Positions 1 to 11,565 of a DNA stretch of 14,560 bases are shown one piece after another. Both the position numbers and the translations under genes were made by a program. The stretch lies in the NCBI GenBank assembly GCA_030141605.1, contig JAQGDQ010002113.1, positions 1-14,560 on the forward strand. Reading direction: 5' to 3'. This stretch comes from Tubiluchus corallicola (Eukaryota; Animalia; Priapulida). How positions within the stretch are numbered: position 1 is the stretch's first letter; each line of letters starts with the position of its first letter. The notes beneath the pieces are model-generated. The model saw nothing but the letters and a program-made list of their open reading frames with translations, ran no database searches and was not told where the DNA came from.

Positions 1-183
1 GATGATGATGGTGCTGCTGCTGGTGGTGATGATCATGATGATATGATTGATGGTGCTGGTTGTGGTGGTGGTGATGATGATGATGATAAAGGTGCTGGTG
101 TTGATGATGATGTGATTGATGTTGATAATGATGGTGATGATGATGGCGATGCTGCTGCTGACGACAACGATGATGATGATGAT
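1..183. repeat. Degenerate (GAT/GGT/GCT)n trinucleotide microsatellite; outer part of the left inverted-repeat arm
   Basis: Runs of gatgatgat, ggtggt and gctgct. Its reverse complement aligns to 8051-~8190, including distinctive interruptions (e.g. gctgctgctgacgacaacgatgat vs atcatcgttgtcgtcagcagcagc). Confidence 0.95.
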
Positions 184-2479
184 TGATACCTGCCAATTAG
201 AAATTTCACTGCGTCATCGGTGAAACTGCACTCGCAGGCCTTAATTTCTTAAACCAATATTTAATTATCAGAAGACAAAGTGCATTTCAGGCAACAGATC
301 GAAAAGATCAAAAGAAAGATCACACAAATAAACACCAGTGAGATCATTTATTTACTGAATTGGATGCATACTGTTAATTGAAGCAGGTTGGTGGGAAACT
401 TTCAAACTAAGATTGAAACTAAACTAACTACTACATCGTGTTCGTTTCAATGTCACTTTTAACATCCTATCTACTTGGACTTGGAGTAGGCAGGGAGGTC
501 AAGTAGAGACGATTGCATTGAATACGAATGATTCTGTGTTCCACGTCTAGAAACCAGTCGTACGAGCAGCCATGGATTAACCAAAGTAAGCACGTGCTTA
601 GGGACTCGCTGAAAGAGTTTTTTCAAGTCTGTCGGAAATACATTTCTAAAGTAGCAAATTTCTGTGTCTAAATAACTGTATGAAGTACCTAAGTAAGTAC
701 GTACATTTATACATAATTACTTCTGTAGTTCTATTGTGCAAGTACGTAAATAGAAAACTTGACTTAGTGCCTCATTAACTACTAAATGTGTTGAATGAAT
801 AAGGCCTGGTATAAAGTTCGAGGCAGAAATTAAGAGATTTAGAGAAACCTGATCTGCCGTAAAATAGACGGTACAGGTTTCTCTCCAAATGCAATAGGGA
901 ATATAGTTTTTCCCTACAAATAAGTGCACTGTAGGAAAGGGGTATAGTTTGTCCCCTTGTATAGGGAATATAAGTTTTCCCAAAATCATATATTGAAATT
1001 GTAAACAGTTATTGCTGTGACGTCTACTAAAATCTTTGCTTTATTTACTCTGTTATTATGAATTCTATGAGTTGAATTGTAAATAAGTACACCATGATGT
1101 TTTAATTTATCGTTTGTTCGTTTCATTCACTTACATACAGGAATCACCAAATTGGACAACAGATATTATTAATAAACCTTTTCGATGACAACTTTTTACG
1201 TAGATTTAGTTTGATACAACGTCTCTCCCTTCTTATCTGAGCAGAAAACAAACAAACGAATCAAAAATTAAATTCAAGTCCTCCACATGATGCCGAAAGC
1301 ACTGTACCGACTTTAGTCTTGTTTTTTTATTCTGAATTACACATATATGGGGGTACAGTAATCTTTTCGGTGCTGAGGGACTCTATAGGTCTTGACAATG
1401 ATCCATCAATTTAATGACCAGGTTTGACGTTGACCGCTGAGCTTCAAACGCTAAGCAAAGTGACCATTCAACTATTTTTCCCGCTTCTAATTTTTAATAA
1501 CAAGAAAATTACACATGGTTAGGCCTACAATGAATGAACCAGCACGAGCTTGTGTAACAAACAGTTTAAAAGTTGAAAAGGAGACTACTGGCAGCAAAAG
1601 ATGCATTACAGGAAAATAATAATGATGATGAATAAAAAGCGAAAAAATTCCAAAAGCAACATACAGACGTACTTGTTGCCAAACATCACTGATCGATCAG
1701 CACTTGAGATACAGTGAATTCAATCTCTGATCAGTAATCAATTATAATCAACAAGAGGAAATGAACTCCAGTTCCGATACCTCAGATTCAGGCCTTGCAG
1801 CCCCGTCCGCAATCTTGTTAACCTACGTAACTTATGTGGCCCTAAAAAGACAAATCTCTACACGCCGTTGGATGTTTTTCTACCCTGTTTACAAACTATG
1901 GTTCACTCACGACATAATTTCTTTCGCTCATTACCTAAATTGTAACGGCAAATAGATGAGAATAATATAAACAAGGCTTCTTGTCACTTGAACGTAGTAC
2001 GGTAAGACCAAGTAAGGTTTTGATAACTCAGTAATTGAATTTCACGTCGCCTAACAATTTTTTACGCCTCCGAGGAAAACTAAACTAAACAGAGAAATTT
2101 CTCTTAGGCCCGGTATCTATAATTCATGCCGCTGTTGATAACATAAAAGTTTCAAATTTGCGGCATAAATAAACACGATTGATTCTTCATCAAACTTTCT
2201 CTGCGCGCAGGTTTAAAATTCCGAACGCGCGCTTTCAACTCGACTTTATTGCCTACTTACAATAATATTATTACTGCATCAAAAGAAGCGAGTCCAGTAC
2301 CGAGCTTTCACGATAAATTCTGAATAGCGGAAAAATCTTAGCAGACTAATCAACGTTCTGCTAACAAAGATTTCTAACAACAAAAAACCCGCCATCTTTG
2401 ACAAACGTTGCGCAGTCCTTAGTGATTTTTCTGCACGACATTCTTTGACCTGGATCAGCCCCCAAATGCAAGTTTTACA
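1..2479. repeat. Left arm of a ~2.4 kb inverted repeat; may continue beyond the window edge
   Basis: Reverse complement of 5717-~8190 along its whole length. Anchors: gattgatacc 181-190 vs ggtatcaatc 8044-8053, and cccccaaatgcaagttttaca ending 2479 vs tgtaaaacttgcatttggggg starting 5717. Mirror ORFs in the track: 717-989(-)/7252-7524(+), 1761-1955(+)/6297-6482(-), 2279-2503(-)/5725-5964(+). Confidence 0.98.
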
Positions 2480-3383
2480 CATTCTACATTCTGTACTGAT
2501 CACTGCACATTTTACACATTGTACATTCTGTACTGATCACTGCACATTTTACACATTGTACATTCTGTACTGGTCACCGCACATTTTACACATTGTACAT
2601 TCTGTACTGATCACTGCACATTTTACACATTGTACATTCTGTACTGATCACTGCACATTTTACACATTGTACATTTTGTACTGATCACCGCACATTTTAC
2701 ACATTGTACATTCTGCACTGATCACTGCACATTTTACACATTCTACATTCTGTACTGATCACTGCACATTTTACACATTGTACATTCTGCACTGATCACT
2801 GCACATTTTACACATTGTACATTTTGTACTGGTCACTGCACATTTTACACATTGTACATTCTGCACTGATCACTGCACATTTTACACATTGTACATTCTG
2901 TACTGATCACTGCACATTTTACACATTGTACATTCTGTACTGGTCACTACACATTTTACACATTGTACATTCTGCACTGATCACTGCACATCTCACGCAT
3001 TCTACATTCTGCACTGATCACTGCACATTTTACACATTGTACATTTTGTACTGATCACTGCACATTTTACACATTGTACATTCTGCACTGATCACTGCAC
3101 ATTTTACACATTGTACATTCTGTACTGGTCACCGCACATTTTACACATTGTACATTCTGCACTGATCACTGCACATTTTATACAATGCACATTCTGCACT
3201 GATCACTGCACATTTTACACATTGTACATTCTGCACTGATCACTGCACATTTTACACATTGTAAATTCTGTACTGGTCACCGCACATTTTACACATTGTA
3301 CATTCTGTACTGGTCACCGCACATTTTACACATTGTACATTCTGTACTGGTCACCGCACATTTTACACACTCTACATTTTGCA
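2473..3383. repeat. 37-bp tandem minisatellite, 24 full units plus a partial 25th
   Basis: Consensus ttttacacattgtacattctgtactgatcactgcaca. Units start at 2473, 2510, 2547 ... 3361 (888 = 24 x 37, so no net indels). Only point variants, no spacers. Confidence 0.98.
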
Positions 3384-3473
3384 TTGTGTACATACCCTAA
3401 GTGTTCTCACGCAGTATAATAACTCTGCGCCAATTTCTATCGCTTCTACCGTATTATGTGTCTTTAATCTAGT

Positions 3474-3546
3474 AACTTACTGAACTGTCATGGCAAGCGC
3501 TCCTGCCCGGATTGCAAAGTTCTGGGTTCGAATCTCATTGAAGTCA
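3474..3546 (+). mobile_element. Degenerate tRNA-like sequence (tRNA-derived SINE head or tRNA pseudogene)
   Basis: Canonical Pol III B box/T-loop GGTTCGAATC at 3525-3534 within gggttcgaatctc. A-box-like tggcaagcg at 3491, short tgc..gca stem at ~3504-3516, and 3' tgaagtca loosely complementary to 5' aactta. D arm and acceptor stem are degenerate. Confidence 0.55.
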
Positions 3547-3954
3547 ACGTTTTCATGGTTACATGCAGTTATTATTTAGTAATTGTCTCTCTCACATCCG
3601 CAGCGATTTGGGGCGCTTTTCTGTTAGAATCTACGACATCCTACATCCGCCATACATCAGACTTGGATATAAAGATATTTACCCCGAATCATAAAATCTT
3701 TTAACTTCTCACCGGAAATCACGGTTCTTTTGTGTTTTGCAAGTTTTTCAAAGTGCACGTGAGCGAAAAGAGCAGCTGTTAGAAGAGCCAAGTCAGACAA
3801 ATACACTTATTGCTCGTCTAGACTATTAACAATGACGGTCGGAGAAGCCAGGTTTACAAACGCAAAGACGGGAGGGTTAAAATCGCGCGTGTTCTAAGAA
3901 AACAAAAACTTTGATACAAAAGAGAACAGTCTTATTTAAAGGTTAGCTACTTAC

Positions 3955-4107
3955 GTGAGCAGCACGAGTAACTTATTTTGCTTTAAATTTTTTAAAGCGC
4001 TGACTTCAAGGTTTTTTCCCATGTAGTTGAAGGCTTTTGTTGCTGTCAGTCAAAAGACAGTTGATGGTTGTGGGGTTGATGTTTCATCGCTTTCATAATA
4101 ACCTATT
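3955..4107 (-). other. Putative internal exon (153 nt), probably non-coding or 5'UTR
   Basis: On the minus strand: acceptor tttttcggctttgtacAG| immediately before 4107 and consensus donor |GTAAGT at 3954-3949. All three frames contain stops. Confidence 0.3.
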
Positions 4108-4272
4108 CTGTACAAAGCCGAAAAATATTAAATATTAGAGTTAAAGGAAGAACCAGCCCTCGAACAACATTTATTGCATTTTAATATACAATTTAAAATA
4201 TTGAAATCACTACACAAGATATGCGCATAGAATACTTTGCTTAAAAATGTAAAAGAACTTTAAATATTTTTT

Positions 4273-4385
4273 ACCTCCCGCCGAACGAACGCCGCTGCCG
4301 GCATACTTGGAAAAATGGCGTAAGCTGGTGTCCCCTGGGCAGCGTGAATGCCGTGAAGGCAAGTTATGATGATGGTACGCGTTGA
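4273..4385. promoter_or_regulatory. GC/CpG-rich patch, possible bidirectional 5' end
   Basis: Local GC-rich island in AT-rich DNA. Plus strand: AAAATGGCG (YY1/Kozak-like) 4312-4320 overlapping donor GTAAGC 4320-4325. Minus strand: ATG at 4304 followed by GAG|GTAAAA at 4275/4274. Confidence 0.3.
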
Positions 4386-5029
4386 GAAATTTCTACAGTT
4401 TGCTTAGAAGTTCTGTTATTCTAATGTTGTGTTTATGTAAAAATTAGTCATTTGATCAATTATGACCAGTTATGGTTACATAGCTTTAATCCATAGGATT
4501 ATACCGTAAAATGTGTAAGTAATATACATTAATTGCGTAAATGTAATTAATTTACAGACTTTTGTTGACTTTCAGATACGCATGTAAACTTGCGAGCATG
4601 CAGTAGGTACCGGGTGTGTGACTTAGTTTATAGTGTTGGCTCTATAAGTCAAAGAAAAGATTGCTGAAGCACTTGGCAGAATAACTGTTTATATTGCACG
4701 GTAACCAGATGACGGCATTTTTCACCAAAACGAGCGCGCCCTAGCGCGAAGTGACCGCGATTTTAAATTGAAATTATTAATTACACGAGGCGCTTATCAC
4801 AATTTCATTGCTGAAACTTTCTAACATTCTTCTCTGGTATTAGAAAACACGTTATACAAAAAAAGTAGATGAGACGAAATTTTAATAGCAAAAATATGAA
4901 ATTTTATGAGATTTGAAAAAAAATCTATACGAATTTTTTGCTTCAAGCTGTAAGTTGTTTACCGTCTAAATCCTTCACTGATTACATCCCCTTTAGCATC
5001 TAATCACCAAATTAAAATCAATAATAGCC

Positions 5030-5476
5030 ACTCAGGCAGTCTGAATGGCTGGTCAGTTAGTCTGTCAGTTCCATCAGTCATTCTGACGATTAGATCAGTT
5101 AGCCTACGAGTTAAGTCACGCAACCAGTTTACTTTAAACCAACGATTCAGGCAGTTAAGCAGACAATGAGCATGATGGTAATCAGCGAATTAGAGAGCCG
5201 GTGAGTGATTGTGTCAGTCAGTCAGTCAGTCACTTCCCCAACTAAGAAGGGATGTGGAGAGATTTATTGTACTGTTAATATTATAATCATTATTTTTATT
5301 TGTGTGTGCTTGTGTTTTTCCAATTTTTTCTTTTTGAATTTTTAGTAATTCTACTACATTCGTATTTCGTATGTAATCCTAAAGTGTTTACAATAAAGAT
5401 TTAAATGAAATCAGTCAGCCGGTCAGTCAAAAGTTGGCTAATCTGTCAATGAGTAAGTCAGTGATGTAATCAGTCT
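5030..5476. repeat. Degenerate (CAGT)n tetranucleotide tract, interrupted at ~5233-5410
   Basis: Recurring cagt/tcag motifs, a pure run gtcagtcagtcagtcagtca at 5213-5232, and resumption at 5411 (tcagtcagccggtcagtca). Confidence 0.6.
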
Positions 5477-5700
5477 AAACTTTGAATATTAATAGTAAAC
5501 GTATGCTGCAAAGCCCACTGTTGAATCGCCTGAGCCTCTTTTACTCATGCAAACAACTAAACAGTTAAGCAGAGAAAACCTCGGTTAGGATTTCAGTATT
5601 TACAATCAGTCGCTTTTTAAGTACCAGTCTTCTCGGTCTGATGAAGAAGCAATGCACAATATGCTGATTAGCTGTTATGTTGATGTTTTATTCAATAGTA

Positions 5701-5796
5701 TCTGCAAACAGTGGTATGTAAAACTTGCATTTGGGGGCTGATCCAGGTCTGCAAACAGTGGTATGTACAACTTGCATTTGGAGGCTGATCCAGGTC
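5701..5796. repeat. 47-bp direct tandem duplication at the inner junction of the right arm
   Basis: tctgcaaacagtggtatgtaaaacttgcatttgggggctgatccagg (5701-5747) is repeated at 5748-5794 with 2 substitutions. Confidence 0.95.
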
Positions 5797-8050
5797 GAAG
5801 AATGTCGTGCAGAAAAATCACTAAGGATTGCGCAACGTTTGTCAAAGATGGCGGGTTTTTTGTTGTTAGAAATCTTTGTTAGCAGAACGCTGATTAGTCT
5901 GCTAAGATTTTTCCGCTATTCAGAATTTATCGTGAAAGCTCGGTACTGGACTCGCTTCTTTTGATGCAGTAATAATATTATTGTAAGTAGGCAATAAAGT
6001 CGAGTTGAAAGCGCGCGTTCGGAATTTTAAACCTGCGCGCAGAGAAAGTTTGATGAAGAATCAATCGTGTTTATTTATGTCGCAAATTTGAAACTTTTAT
6101 GTTATCAACAGCGGCATGAATTATAGATACCGGGCCTAGGAGAAATTTCTCTGTTTAGTTTAGTTTTCCTCGGAGGCGTAAAAAATTGGTAGGCGACGTG
6201 AAATTCAATTACTGAGTTATGAAAACCTTTCTTGGTCTTACCGTACTACGTTCAAGTGACAAAAGCCTTGTTTATATTATTCTCATCTATTTGTCGTTAC
6301 AATTTAGGTAATGAGCGAAAGAAATTGTGTCGTGAGTGAACCATAGTTTGTAAACAGGGTATAAAAACATCTAACGTCGTGTAGAGATTTGTCTTTTTTA
6401 TTGCCACATAAGTTACGTAGGTTAACAAGATTGCGAACAGGGCTGCAAGGCCTGAATGTGAGGTATCGGAACTGGAGTTCATTTCCTCTTGTTGATTATA
6501 ATTGATTACTGATCAGAGATTGAATTCACTGTATCTCAGGTGCTGATCGATCAGTGATTTTTGGCAACAAGTACGTCTGTATGTTGCTTTTGGAATTTCT
6601 ACGCTTTTTATTCATCATCATTATTTTCCTGTAATGCATCTTTTGCTGTCAGTAGTCTCCTTTTCAACTTTTAAACTGTTTGTTACACAAGCTCGTGCTG
6701 GTTCATTCATTGTAGGCCTAACCATGTGTAATTTTCTTGTTATTAAAAATTAGAAGCGGGAGAAATAGCTGAATGGTCACTTTGCTTAGCGTTTGAAGCT
6801 CAGCGATCAACGTTAAACCTGGTCATTAAATTGATGGATCATTGTCAAGACCTCTAGAGCCCCTCAGCACCGAAAAGATTACTGTACCCCCATATATGTG
6901 TAATTCAGAATAAAAAAAACGAGACTAAAGTCGGTACAGTGCTTTCGGCATCATGTCGAGAACTTGAATTCAATTTTTGATTCGTTTGTTTGTTTTCTGC
7001 TCAGATAAGAAGGGAGTGACGTTGTATCAAACTAAATCTACGTAAAAAGTTGTCATTGAAAAGGTTTATTAATAATATCTGTTGTCCAATTTGGTGATTC
7101 CTGTATGTAAGTGAATGAAACGAACAAACAATAAATTAAAACATCATGATGTACTTATTTACAATTCAACTCATAGAATTCATAATAACAGAGTAAATAA
7201 AGCAAAGATTTTAGTAGACGTCACAGCAATAACAGTTTACAATTTCAATATATGATTTTGGGAAAACTTATATTCCCTATAAAGGGGACAAACTACACCC
7301 CTTTCCTACAGTGCACTTTTTTTGTAGGGAAAAACTATATTCCCTATTGCATTTGGGGAGAAACCTGTACCATCTATTTTACGGCAGATCAGGTTTCTCT
7401 CAATCTCTTAATTTCTGCCTCGGACTTTATACCAGGTCTTATTCATTCTACACATTTAGTAGTTGATGAGGCACTAAGTCAAGTTTTCTATTTACGTACT
7501 TGCATAATAGAACTACAGAAGTAATTATGTACAAATGTACATACTTACTTGGGTACTTCATACAGTTATTTAGACACAGAAATTTGCTACTTTAGAAATG
7601 TATTTCCGACAGACTTGAAAAAACTCTTTCAGCGAGTCCCTAAGCACGTGCTTACTTTGGTTAATCCATGGCTGCTCGTACGACTGGTTTCTAGGCGTGG
7701 AACACAGAATCATTCGTATTCAATGCAATCGTCTCTACTTGACATCCCTGCCTACTCCAAGTCCAAGTAGATAGGATGTTAAAAGTGACATTGAAACGAA
7801 CACGATGTAGTAGTTAGTTTAGTTTCAATCTTAGTTTGAGAGTTTCCCACCAACCTGCTTCAGTTAACAGTATGCAGCCAATTCAGTAAATAAATGATCT
7901 CACTGGTGTTTATTTGTGTGATCTTTCTTTTGATCTTTTCGATCTGTTGCCTGAAATGCACTTTGTCTTCTGATAATTAAATATTGGTTTAAGAAATTAA
8001 GGCCTGCGAGCGCCTGATGACGCAGTGAAATTTCTAATTGACAGGTATCA

Positions 8051-8937
<887 letters not shown>

Positions 8938-9070
8938 TTTGAGTATTTTGTACTTTCGATTATTTTGGACTGTGGTGTAATATTGGATACTGTTTGATTT
9001 TAAAAACTTCAAAACACTTTTGAGGCACGAGACTTGGATCATTTCACTTATTAACGGAACTTGTGAACAC

Positions 9071-9119
9071 AAACGGGTTGAAAGGGAAACGCAAACGGGT
9101 TGAGAGGGAAACGTAAACG
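9071..9119. repeat. 22-bp tandem duplication (2.2 copies)
   Basis: aaacgggttgaaagggaaacgc / aaacgggttgagagggaaacgt / aaacg. Confidence 0.85.
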
Positions 9120-9465
9120 AATTACTGCGGGTTGTTCAGTATAAATATGTTATGTAAATTCATTCATTAGCGAATAGCAAGTCAGTGTGTAATCAGCACT
9201 CTGTATTCAGCTAACATTCATCCAGTCTTAATAGAGTGTACTAATCATTATTTCGTTCCGGCAAGTGGCTTCGCGAACTACACGCAGGTGAAAACCTGGC
9301 TTCTGTGTATGTAAGCAGCGCAATGTTGACTTCGTAAACATGCGTGAAGTGAAACAGTGACTTGGTAAATATACACAATACACAAAACACATCATTATTG
9401 CGTAAAAACTATGGTTGCCGTTTTGTGCCATGCTGATTATCGAAATGGGGGCTAAAAATTCGGGG

Positions 9466-9544
9466 GTGTATGTGTGTGTGTGTGTGCGTGCTTGCGTGCG
9501 CGCGCGCGTGTGTGTGCATGCGCGTGTGCATGTGTGTGTGCATA
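9466..9544. repeat. (GT)n/(GC)n alternating purine-pyrimidine tract
   Basis: gtgtatgtgtgtgtgtgtgtgcgtgcttgcgtgcgcgcgcgcgtgtgtgtgcatgcgcgtgtgcatgtgtgtgtgcata. Confidence 0.9.
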
Positions 9545-10213
9545 GCAGCAAATTATTGAATACTTGTGTACTTAATAGATAACTATAACACCAGGAAATG
9601 GAAAAAACAACTGTAAAATCAAAATTATGATAACACAGTGAAATTTCACTAATTTCTGCGTGTGCAGAATCAAGCCTTATCTTCCTCATCATGAGCATCC
9701 TTTTTCGAAGTTGCTGCTTTTTCAGGAAACTGCAACCACTACGGTTCGGATTACAATGAAATCAAAGTTTATTTACTTCCCACTGATTAGCAGCAACGTT
9801 TTGAATGTTTTCAATGCACAATATCTTCACACTTCTGTTTTTTGTTCTTCATTCTTTAACTTTAACTTTTCCTTATTCTTTAACTTTACCGAAAGAAGTT
9901 AAAGGTTCAACAACTTCATCTAACTTTAAAACAAAATTAAAAAATACGTTTTAACTAGATTTGAATATCCTCTATACTAAAACGACAATATTTATATACA
10001 GAGTGATTACATTTTTTCCCGCCCGTAATCTTGAAAAATCAAAACGTCTTAATGTAAATGCGTATATAAATTGTAAATATAAAATGATTTATTTAGTATC
10101 TTTAAGTTGCAAATGCCAATGTTCACTGTGTTTGTACCTTAGCTCTGCACCTGACGCATTTGTCTTTTTACACTGTTTCATCACTGATGAATGTCATATG
10201 CAAATGTAATTTT

Positions 10214-10373
10214 TTTATTAACATTTGTGATGTTCAAATTTCTCGTAAGACAAATAAGGATTGTACATACATGTGTATATGTATGATGTATATATATACA
10301 TCATACATATACACATGTATGTACAATCCTTATTTGTCTTACAAAAAATTTAAACATCACAAATGTTAATAAA
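10214..10373. repeat. 160-bp spacer-less palindrome centred on (TA)n
   Basis: Position i pairs with 20587-i. 10245-10342 (98 bp) is perfect, and there are only 3 mismatches further out (10235/10352, 10242/10345, 10244/10343). Confidence 0.96.
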
Positions 10374-11015
10374 TATATATATATATACATTTCCAAATTA
10401 TCGTAGAATTACCGTACGGTCTCTTTTTTGGACTATGTGAAGCCTCAAATTATGTTCCGATAATTATCATATAAACGGCAGCACTGGCGCAAGACACATC
10501 ATTACTGCACTATATAACTTTATAAATAAATGACGAATGCAGGGGGGCGGGTGTAACTTAATACTCACTCTGTTCTGGGGATGAGCATGGAAATTGGGAA
10601 GTCCACGATATTATTTGATCGACTTTCGTAAATTAAAGTGAAAAATACAGAAAAATGCCGTATCATTAATTAAAAAACATACAGTGAGTTCGAAAAAGAT
10701 TAACAAACTTGAACTTGCAAATTGCAAAGAATCCCAACAAACACTTAAGTTCGTAAAATACATTTGGAATGGCTCTCCTCTAGTTGTCTTTAATTCGAGT
10801 AGTTGTCATGACTCCTTCTCGGTTGCTTCTCTAGATGGGGTGGCTTCTTAACCGACGATGCTTCGAATGGGAGTCTCTTATTAACTGCCCTGCCTGGAGT
10901 GCCTTTTACAATCTTTTGTCCACTGGGATGTGTCTTTTCTAGTGGCCCTTAACTGGTATCTTGGCCAATTCCTTGGGCGGTAGTTCTTTGTTATGGGTGC
11001 TGATAATTTGCTTTA

Positions 11016-11051
11016 CAATTCAATTTCAATTCAATTCATTTCAGTTTTATT
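11016..11051 (-). mobile_element. Possible 3' tail of a non-LTR retroelement (CR1/L2-like): AATAAA plus (GAATT)n
   Basis: The minus strand reads aataaaactgaaatgaattgaattgaaattgaattg. A short-repeat tail after AATAAA is typical of CR1/L2-clade LINEs and their SINEs, but no RT sequence was recognised. Confidence 0.35.
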
Positions 11052-11437
11052 TGCACAAATACATACATTGTACATTGGCAAAGCAATACACGTTAAATAC
11101 CACACAAACCGAAAAAAAAATTATATTAGGCTATGTGTAAAGTTATTTTCATAGACAAATGTTAAGATATGGTATACTGACACAAAAATCACAGTTACAT
11201 AAAAAATTGTATAATTTGGCAACGAAAAAAGAAAAAAGACTTAAAAGTTGTAGCTTTTTAAATGAAAGGTTATAAAAATAACATAAGGATAGTCGAAAAT
11301 AATTTGGTTAGAGTCTGTTGCCAAAGTGCTGCTTTCTTCTCCCGACTTTTTTTCTTACGACTGGAAACAGCAAAATTTGAAGAAAAGCACATGAGATTAT
11401 GCTCTAATTTCCTAATTTTTTTCTTATATTTTGGCAG

Positions 11438-11565
11438 GACTACCTCATATCAACCAACATCAGAATCCACTAGGACAAAGACTCTCACAAGAATGTAAGC
11501 AACTCTCGAGGAAGCTCCTATCACTGCCGTAAAGTCGTTTCATTGTTGGAAACTTCAAGGCAGCC
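11438..11565 (+). other. 5'UTR part of the GPCR exon, preceded by a splice acceptor
   Basis: Branch-like ctaat, a polypyrimidine tract and cAG (cctaattttttttcttatattttggcAG|) ending at 11437. Kozak-like gcagccATG at 11560-11568. Confidence 0.6.

Noticed and set aside
717-989. Paired ORFs in the arms (717-989/7252-7524 and 1761-1955/6297-6482) as duplicated genes
   Set aside because: Similarity simply follows from the DNA duplication. Frameshifting indels differ between the copies and there is no recognisable domain.
2445-3054. His/Cys-rich ORFs 2445-2684 and 2815-3054
   Set aside because: Translations of the 37-bp satellite (37-aa period = 3 units), interrupted by stops.
2473-3383. CRISPR array (37-bp repeat length is CRISPR-like)
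   Set aside because: Units are head-to-tail with no unique spacers, there are no cas genes, and the context is eukaryotic.
3397-5700. Transposase or other autonomous-element gene between the inverted arms
   Set aside because: The ORF track lists nothing in the spacer and no DDE-like motifs were recognised.
9228-10369. ORFs 9228-9698, 9660-9902, 9961-10209 and 10160-10369
   Set aside because: No domain resemblance. They cross dinucleotide or palindromic repeats or have AT-rich non-coding composition.
10770-10990. Moderately GC-rich stretch as a coding exon or RT fragment
   Set aside because: Minus-strand frames I translated contain stops and no recognisable motif, and the ORF track shows nothing here.
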